The notes below the pieces were generated by a model that did not search any database, was not told the origin of the DNA, and saw only the letters and a program-made list of their open reading frames with translations. Both the position numbers and the translations under genes were made by a program. A stretch of DNA of 62,387 nucleotides, counting the filler, from Dugesia japonica (taxonomy: Eukaryota): NCBI GenBank assembly GCA_001938525.1. It is 6 parts of 6 records of this genome, joined end to end, with 100 filler letters (N's around TTAATTAATTAA, not from the genome) between each part and the next. Parts side by side here need not be neighbours in the genome. Positions count along the whole stretch, not along the records: positions 53,845 to 62,387 come from MQRL01645074.1; 5 more parts are not named here. The stretch is one strand, 5' to 3'. Below are positions 53,745 to 62,387 of the stretch, in pieces (the first letter of the stretch is position 1; every line of letters starts with the position of its first letter).

Positions 53745-53844
53745 NNNNNNNNNNNNNNNNNNNNNNNNNNNNNNNNNNNNNNNNNNNNTTAATTAATTAA
53801 NNNNNNNNNNNNNNNNNNNNNNNNNNNNNNNNNNNNNNNNNNNN
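53745..53844. other. Artificial scaffold-joining spacer
   Basis: 44 N + TTAATTAATTAA + 44 N. Confidence 0.95.
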
Positions 53845-54086
53845 ACAAGTTGTATACCAATATCAAGTTTTAGTAAAATAAAAATAAGTATTGTTAAAAA
53901 ATTAAGTAGCTCAAAGTTTAATTAATAATTTCATTGAAAGTATATTGAGTATCAAAGTTCATCTGTCAAGTAATCTATCAAGAGCACAAATTTAGTCAAC
54001 AACCACGTTAAAAGGTTAAGAATAATTGAAAATTTTATTTAGAAAAATAAACCCTGCTGAAGTCACAAAAAAAAACACTAAAATAA

Positions 54087-54112
54087 CAGGGTATCCGCCA
54101 GGTAACGCTAGT
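54087..54112 (+). mobile_element. Possible Helitron 3' end
   Basis: Degenerate GC hairpin CAGGGTATCCGCCAGGT followed by CTAG-T. Confidence 0.35.
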
Positions 54113-54529
54113 ATTTTATATTATTAGTCGTTCATAAAAAGAAAAAAATGGATATGAGCAAATCCTTATCTAACGGTAAATCATATTTTATTATTCTCAA
54201 TCATATTTGAACTTGATGTAATAATTTAATGATGCTAATTTAATTTGCTAATTAATTTTATTTGAAACTTCATATAAGGCATTGTGCATATAATTTTATT
54301 AAAAAAATTTTAATTGTGATAAAATATTAGATATTCCAATAAGCAAATAGTACAACTTTATTTTGGTAATAATTATACGCTTATAAACAAATATTTATGT
54401 ATGTATTAAATTTAATTACTAGTGCCATAATGATTATTTCTGAAAACGGTTTATATATTACTTTTTTNNNNNNNNNNNNNNNNNNNNNNNNNNNNNNNNN
54501 NNNNNNNNNNNNNNNNNNNNNTATTAACA

Positions 54530-55810
54530 TCAATTGAGATCTTAAAAGTGTTTCATCAGACGATCATGACTCATTCGCTGTTCATTAATTGGAATCTAAA
54601 TATGTTAATCAAATATCAGATTCAAATGGCAGGTTTTTGAACAAAAGATAAAACTATTTGAAAAACTTATACTCCACTCAGTTTCAAAACAACAACCAAT
54701 AATATTTTGTGTAAAAACGCAGATTCAGCAAATAAAACTTAACACCTTGTCTATTTTAGAAACCTTTAAAGTTTTTTTATTTCAATATGTGTTACTTAAT
54801 AATAAGAGAAACAAACCGTAAAACAAAGCTGTATATACAAAAACCNNNNNNNNNNNNNNNNNNNNNNNNNNNNNNNNNNNNNNNNNNNNNNNNNNNNNNA
54901 GTATGATGCTTTTCTTGTAATTTTAATTACTGCTGGAGTACATCATTCAAATAATGAACACGTAAAAAAGATTTAAAAGTCGAATTCGTACCTACTTCAT
55001 CATACTGATATGAGGTCTAAACTTTTTTCGAAAATAATGACGTTTTTGTGATTTGACAACATAAACACTAGATCGAGTCGTTTACTGAATGATAAAGCAG
55101 CTGCTATTTTAGATTTTTTAATCATGTTAAACGTAAATGAATATACTTCATTACATCTGATTGCATTACAATTGATGCATAACTTTCACCGTTTAGAAAA
55201 CATAACAGGTTTATCTAATATATACCTTCAAAACATGAGGAATATGAAATAAAAGTTTGGTGATCTTGCTATTCAAAAACTTCATATCCTTTGCAAGGTC
55301 AAATTTACAAAGGTAAAGAAGGTGAAATTTGCGAAGTAAACCAAGGCGAGAAAGTTGCGATAGACTTATGTGCCATATATAAAAATACTGGTAGAAACAT
55401 TACATGTGATAACCTTTTCACCAGCCTGCTTCTTGATTGATTTTTGAAAGCAGCAAATTTATCTATGGTAGGTACAATACAATAAATAAGCTTTTTTATT
55501 CCTACCTAAATGAAAACTAGCAAAACTTTTGAAATTTATTTATTCTCATTTAATTTTTCTGATGATATTATTATGCGTTCATATTTACCAAAAAAAGTTA
55601 AAACAGTTATGTTACTACGATAAAACTGTGTCATCAGATTCGAAAAGAAAATTTGAGGATATTCAGCACTATAACAATACAAAAAGTGGGTTGACACTAT
55701 GGATAAAATGCTAAGTAGCTTCATCACTAAATGTCAAACACTCAGATTGCCAGTTGTATTTTGTTTCGATATAATAAATGTAGCAGCTCTAGCAGTATTT
55801 TTTGTGATAT
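54530..55810 (+). mobile_element. Decayed piggyBac transposase
   Basis: AFLVILITAGV, FDNINTR..RL.NDKAAAI, YIPSK, TSYPLQGQIYKGK, YKNTGRNITCDNLFTS, LSMVGT, YNNTKSGVDTMDKM; many stops. Confidence 0.88.
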
Positions 55811-55821
55811 ATTGTATATAA

Positions 55822-56850
55822 ATAGGGTGCGTCAGCCATTTGAGAACAAAACTCTGTCTTAAAATGGTATAATATTAGATTAATAAATAATCGATTAATT
55901 GCCGATTAATTAATTTAACAAAATATTTTTTTNNNNNNNNNNNNNNNNNNNNNNNNNNNNNNACAAAAACTTATGAAACGACACGCCGTTCCTGTTGCGT
56001 TATCTACAAAACACAGTGAATCTGAAATTGCAAATTTTTTCAATGTCGCCCAATTCTTTGTGTTTAAATTTAGAAAGGAACTTCTGGCCTCTAGCAAAGA
56101 TATGTCTTCTATATCTAAAAAAACATTTTCATTCAGACATTTCTAGAAATAATGATTTTGTTCAACAAGTCCTCGGTATCATTAATAAAAATTTTTGACA
56201 CTTCAATTAGAAACGTTTACAAACAACTGCATGTATCAGAGTCAGTAATCATATGTATCGTACATTGGGACTTAGAATAAAATTTTACGTAATGAACAGA
56301 GAACAATTGATGTCAGATAAAACCAAGAAAACCGTTTGGATTAAGATCAAAAGAACGAACGATAGAGGGTTTGTTCCAGTTTGTCTTAAGTTTCTACTAT
56401 CATGCATACCAGTAACAAAGGTCATACCCTTCCTCCGTACTTTTTCCCACAAGGACTCAGAATAAATCAAGGTACTAGAAATCTTTGTAAAACCTTGGAT
56501 TGAAGTAGCCTAAGGAAGGCCATACATGTTCCAACCGGACTTAGCTCTTTATCACACATCAATCAAAACAAAAGAATTGCTAGCGGAGAACTTTCACCAT
56601 CACGTCACCCAAAACCTATGGCCACTTAGTTCACTAGATTTAAATTTGAATCTTTCCTCTTGGTAATCGTTGAGAAGGAAACAAGAAAACATCCTCACAA
56701 TACCAAGAATTGTTTACGGGCCACTATTATAGGTAACAATATAGTTAAAATTAATGAAAATCTTCTAATAAATGCATGCGATCGTTTCAAAAGCCGTTTT
56801 AAAGTTGTAATTAAAGCTGAGAGTAGTTTTATTGAGTATAAATTCGGTGT
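55822..56850 (+). mobile_element. Tc1/mariner-superfamily (maT-like) transposon relic
   Basis: Starts ATAGGGTGCGTCAG; MKRHAV..SEIANFFNV; VLEIFVKPWI..GRPYMFQPD.A..HTS, NLWPLSSLDLN, VEKETRKHPHNTK..L, NACDRFKSRFKVVIKAESSFIE. Confidence 0.8.
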
Positions 56851-58687
56851 GTTCTTAAAATAATTATATTACTACATATTGTAAAAAAATATATTCTCAT
56901 TTCGCCAATAATACATAATATATAATAAATCATGCAAAAGTTTCTTAAAAGTAAACATAACTAATTTTAATAAAACAAGTAAGCTTGCGTCAAAATGAAT
57001 GACATNNNNNNNNNNNNNNNNNNNNNNNNNNNNNNNNNNNNNNNNGGACCATCGAATTAATTTTTTTAATTTTACAGCTATATATGTTTTGAAATTTGTT
57101 TTAATAAAATCAGTTGCTTATCCAATTTATAATATTTTAATTTACAAACAATTTGCAAATAATTCACTTAAATTTCACATAAAAATTAGTTATCTTTGCC
57201 GAACATTTTCCATGAAACCAAGTTTCTTGATTTTATAACTTTAAAATATTATTTTCAATATCACTCAAACTTCATCCAAACGGAAGTTGTCAGTTTTGCT
57301 ATCAGAAATGCAATTAATTTTTGAAAATTCTCATCAATTAAATTTGTAAATGTTTAATTACTAGATTTACTGTCAATCACTGATTCATTAATTATTTCCC
57401 ATAAATTTCATAATACTTCTTAACTTTTAATTTGAATTAATCAATATTTATTTATTTTTGTAAAATTTTAACTGTTTATAAATAAAAAAATTTAAAAAAA
57501 ACAATAATTATTCGATTTTATAATATTTCTGCTGAATCAATATTAATTATTTATTCCAAACTTGAATCTAATTACGGTAATAATTTCTATAATAATTACA
57601 GTAATAATATTGGTTTAGAAGCGTTTCCTTTGTTATTTTAGAAATTAAAAAATGTTTAATTATGTTGATAAATTAGGTCTCCAAATTTCAAACGTAATTG
57701 TTTTGTAAAAATGAAAAATCAATTATTTATACTTCAACATAATTATAGATATTTTATCTATAATCTACCACGCAAAACTTTAAGCAATTTTAATTTAAAT
57801 TCGTGTTCATTGTCATGCACAAGAAAATTTAAATCTAAAAATCTTGTGACGACATATTTGTTTGAAAATAAAGAAATGTATCAAAAATACACATAATAAT
57901 TGTTAGAAATANGGACTTCATAATTAATGTTTTCGTTTCTAGAGACCTCCATTATGATATGATATAAATACTGATTACGAGAAAATTACCGCTTCAAAAA
58001 TAGAACTTCAAAATACAAATGTCGCAAAGTAATACTAACTTTTGATATCCACTAAATTCACACAATAAAATTAAATCTAAATGATTAACATTTAAAAATT
58101 GAATACTCTATAGTTTATTTAAACAATTCAACCAAATTTACATATACAATTTAATTATCAAACATTACAAAATTCTTTCATAAAAATTAATTTATGAAAT
58201 TATGCTAATGTTTAGATAAAAGTTAAATAATAAGTTGTAAATGCACGTGAATAGGTTTCGAGACAATGAATAAGTCTAAAATCTAAAATAACACGTCAAT
58301 TAATTAATTTTATTAACCCACTGTAAATAGACTGATGTCGAAAAAGAAACTATCCAAAAATCTTTTAATGTTTTATGCCATAAAACTATCTATGCGCCAA
58401 AACTAACTTTCAATACAGGCCGTTAAAACATATACATGTCAGTTATATCTGTATTCTCCTTCAGGCGTTTACAGTAACATTTTGTAAAGGTACCGTTCTA
58501 CCAGTAAAGTTTAAAAAATTAAAAATGATTTAAAAAAAATTGCAAAATATGAAGAACCAAGAATTGTGAAAAATATAGATTTGTAAGAGTAAAATGAAAT
58601 TAATTGTGAAGAAGTGATAAAGAAAAATCGATTATAAATTCTATATAATTGATGTTACTCAAATGATCAATTCATAATTCATTTTCC

Positions 58688-61600
58688 AAATCACAACTAA
58701 TATTTTTAGACATAATTTATTTCATTACTACAACAGATATTTGATATAAGTGATTAGAGTCAATCAAATATTATTATTAAATCTAATCACTTTCTATTGG
58801 TTGAAATTATTAAATAATAATTATTTCCTTAAACTCCTTTTCATAAGAAACTTTCTAAGTTTTCCACATTTCTTTCTAATCGCAATCCATTTTCTCCTTG
58901 TACCATGTTAAGTAATTCTTCAATTGTTAACTTATTGTTAAAATCACCACTATTTTTAGACATAATTTATTTCAATTCACAACGCAATCTCAATTATATA
59001 ATTTTATAAGAATAGAACCATAAAAATATTTATCTACAATTTAATCTATTTCTATTGGCTTAACTAATTATTAATTTATATTTATTTCTTTCTATACCAC
59101 ATACTGTCTTTTATGAATTTTCTCAATTATTCGATAAGGTCCTTCAAATCTGTCTTGACTTTTATTTCTTGTTTCTACCTTGATGAATACAAAACAACTA
59201 TCTTTGAATTTTCTGTTAGTAATCACTTCTACTGTGTTTTCTTTAGTTCTATCTGAAATGTCTGACCCATATCACGTTTCTCTGCTAAATTTTGTTTTCA
59301 AATAAGACCCCAATTGATCTTTTTCCAGTCGTATTCTGCTTTGTTGCGTTCATTGTAAATTATATTTCCGGTAAAAAAAATCTGCTCAATCTGTTTCTTT
59401 TCTTTCCTGAAGTGTTGCATTAATAAAATCTCGAATTGTCCTATACTTTATAATGATAGAAACTCAAAAGACAAAGTTTAATATCTAGCTTCACTGCAAA
59501 CTCTCCCATAATTCTGGATTTAAAAGCTTTTCCACCATCTAGTCTTATTTCTCTTAGACATCCAATTCTCAATAACCTTTTTTCAAAAATAGCTTTTCGT
59601 ATTGTTTCCTCGTCTTGTCTAAGCAACGGTATAAGAGCTAGATATTTACTATACTGGTGTATTTTTTTCCCAGTCCACTTGTTTTCCGTATTAGCCCACA
59701 TATATCTGTGAATATGACTTCAAACAAATTGGTAACTTCTAATCATGATTCATCATTGAGTGTGATTCGTAAGCAACAACTCTTTTTCTGCCTTCTTTAT
59801 CTTTCAGTGACATACGCGCCAATTGCATCTAAACCAGACACCTGTATCTAATATATATTCTCTGTTTATGTCTGGAAAACACAATATTAGTTCCATCATT
59901 AGAGATTTCTTTAGACTCTTAAAAATATCATTTATTTCATCTGTTCATTCGTATTTCTTGTTGCTTGGTCCACTACACAACTGCTCTAAGATCCTTGATT
60001 TTCTTGCTTAGTTTTCTATAAACATTCTGTAATAATTACAAATTCCTAAGAATTCTTTTTGTCTTGTTAAGCGTGTGCATCCTACATCCCATTTCTCTGC
60101 CATAAAAGTATCTTCTTTACTTCCAATTATTTTCAATAACCGTTTATCGTCTCTAATCTTCAAAGAATTTAAGACTTTTGTCAATCGCTCTACATTTTCA
60201 ATTTGTCTTCCAAATTTTCCTTCAATAGTACAAATGTAATTTTCAATTTTTTCATCCGTTTTGCTATTGAACTTTTGCATAGGCTGGTATTCAAAATTCC
60301 TCTGCCTATCTATCTTTCTTATCAGATTTGGTGTCACCATTTTAGCAACTAAGAAAGTAATCTATTAGCAAATTTCATCAATTGTCAGTTCAGTTCTAAG
60401 TTTTCCAACAATTTCAAGTGTACTATTATTTGTCAAACGTAATCTTTCATCAATCATTTATAAANGTATTTCTCGTAATTTATTAAAACAACTGAAACTC
60501 ATAATGCTAATTCAGGTCCCTGTATCTAATAAAAATTCGACTTGATTTCCTTGAATTGATACCGTAAAACCTAGTCTGCCTAGCAATTTATGGTATGAAA
60601 TATTTGTTTTCTTTTCTGCTTCAATTGTTCCAACTCATTCTACTTTTCTATTATCCGCAAAATTCTTACTCTTTAAGAACCTGTAACTTTACCAATTTCA
60701 TCCCACTTTTCGACAGCTTGAGGATAATCACTTACTTTATTTAACAATGATGGTTCCAACCAACTGCCTTTTGGGTACTGCCTTTCGAAATCCCTTTTAA
60801 ATACTTCCTTATACCCATCGTTTGTATTAAAATTTCCATCTTCCATCGCATGTACTCAATTATATCGGTTTTTTGATAATATATTTTTGATAGTGTTTTA
60901 AATATATTTTTTTCTGAAGTCATAAAATTTCTCACTTGTTCTTTTCATTTTCAAATTAGTGTGGCACTCTTCTGCCCTATGTTTATCATTACCACATCGT
61001 TTACACCTCACTTCTTGACATAACCTTCTTATATGGCCAACATTTCCACAACAAAAACATTTTGTTGATTTTTTATTTGGACAAACTCGACTTATATGTC
61101 CTGTTTTAAGACAACTCCAGCATTCTACCACTTTTTTGTCGGACAATTTGCTTTAGTATGAACAATCTTATGACATAACCAACATTCGATATTTTGTTTT
61201 TCTTTTCTTTTATCCACATGTCTATTTACTGTATAATTTACAGGTTTCTGATAATTTCAACTTTAACTTTCGTGTAACGTCTAACTGCATAAACCTGATC
61301 TCTACTAACGTGTTTGTATCTTCAATTTCTTCTATATTCTCTCGTTTCCGCAAAGTCACTTTTCTTAAACTTTTTTGTTATCTGAAAAATGTACTAGAAT
61401 CTTTGCTAGAATTTTTTCCTCAGTAAAATCGTTATTTGTAAATAATATTTTTACTAAATCTTTTACATTTTTAAAATAAACTTGAATCTCTTCATTTCNA
61501 CGCCTGTAGTTAATCAAATTTTGAAAGCCTTTGATAACATTTTTCTTTTTCTCAAATGCCATATGTAAACGAACCTGAAAACCTTAGACTATTTTCTACA

Positions 61601-61995
61601 TTCTTTCATATTCTTCTTACAAAAATCATCATCTAACAAACAAAAGACTAGTCTCTCCTGCTGTTTCATTTGAATGATGTTTTTAGCTTCAAAATACAAT
61701 TCACACCGCTTGATAAAATTTTCAAAATAATCTCCTCTGCAGAACGCATTTGCCAATAACCTATCTGTAATAGAACCAGTATTTACCGCTTCAACCATGT
61801 TAGATAAATCTTCAATTGATAATTTATTTTCCTAATCACAACTAATATTTTTAGGCATTATTTATTTCACTACTACAACAGATATTTGATAAGATAATTG
61901 TAAGTGATTAGAATTAATTAAATATTTATATTCAATTTAATCATTTTCTAATAAATAATAATAACTTTTTATTTAATAATAATTATTTCCTTATA
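58688..61995 (-). mobile_element. Gypsy LTR retrotransposon with both LTRs, internally deleted
   Basis: Direct repeats ~58688-58832 and ~61798-61995; LTR end CTAACA then PBS TGGTTGAAGCGG; gag with three CCHC knuckles (CWSCLKTGHISRVC, CFCCGNVGHIRRLC, CKRCGNDKHRAEEC); protease FLLDTG; truncated RT/RNase H; integrase IRLDGGKAF and FEGPYRI. Confidence 0.9.
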
Positions 61996-62387
61996 ATTGA
62001 AAAGAAGTAATTTAGTCAAAAGAAATAAAGAAAACATTAAATTTTAAATAAAACTTCAGTAGCCTACCAAAGGTTTTAGTCTAAGAAATCATAAATCTAT
62101 TTTATAAATTTTTTAAAACTTAAAAATTATTATTTTTTTTAACCATAAATCTGTTTTAAACAACCAAAAATTTTTATTTAAAAATTTTTGTTTAGAAGCA
62201 AAGATCAAAGTTGCTGTTCTTTTTTTTCCATATTTTGGCATAGTCTTCTTCAGTAAATTATTATTACAAATTTTGACATACAGACAGATTTTAAATACAT
62301 CTGAGTAAAATCAATTTTAATTGGTTTTAATTGTATTAAACAATTAAATAAACATTTTCTCGGTTAATTGCTGCAGAAGGGTGATTC

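Overview
AT-rich animal genomic DNA with introns as short as 46-50 bp; a planarian-type invertebrate is plausible but the species cannot be determined from the sequence. The window is not one locus. Five identical 100-bp artificial spacers (44 N + TTAATTAATTAA + 44 N) join six separate scaffolds, so nothing can be assumed syntenic across them. Three spliced host genes were rebuilt by hand and are mostly invisible in the ORF track: a FEZ1/UNC-76 homolog (minus strand, 5 exons, 12207-1466), two NPHP1 exons (plus strand, 17121-20951) and four Rbfox/fox-1 exons (minus strand, 32890-26296). The rest is dense, decayed mobile DNA: Gypsy LTR retrotransposons, a collapsed Maverick/Polinton plus two Maverick-like termini, a hAT with an 8-bp TSD, pogo, mariner/Tc1, piggyBac, Helitron, and Penelope-type repeats carrying minimal hammerhead ribozyme motifs. 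The best candidate for new biology is an apparent Rbfox autoregulatory cassette: a 20-nt frameshifting micro-exon and clustered (U)GCAUG sites just upstream of the conserved 93-nt RRM exon. Also notable are two different Gypsy elements whose gag ATG is formed by the LTR/PBS junction.
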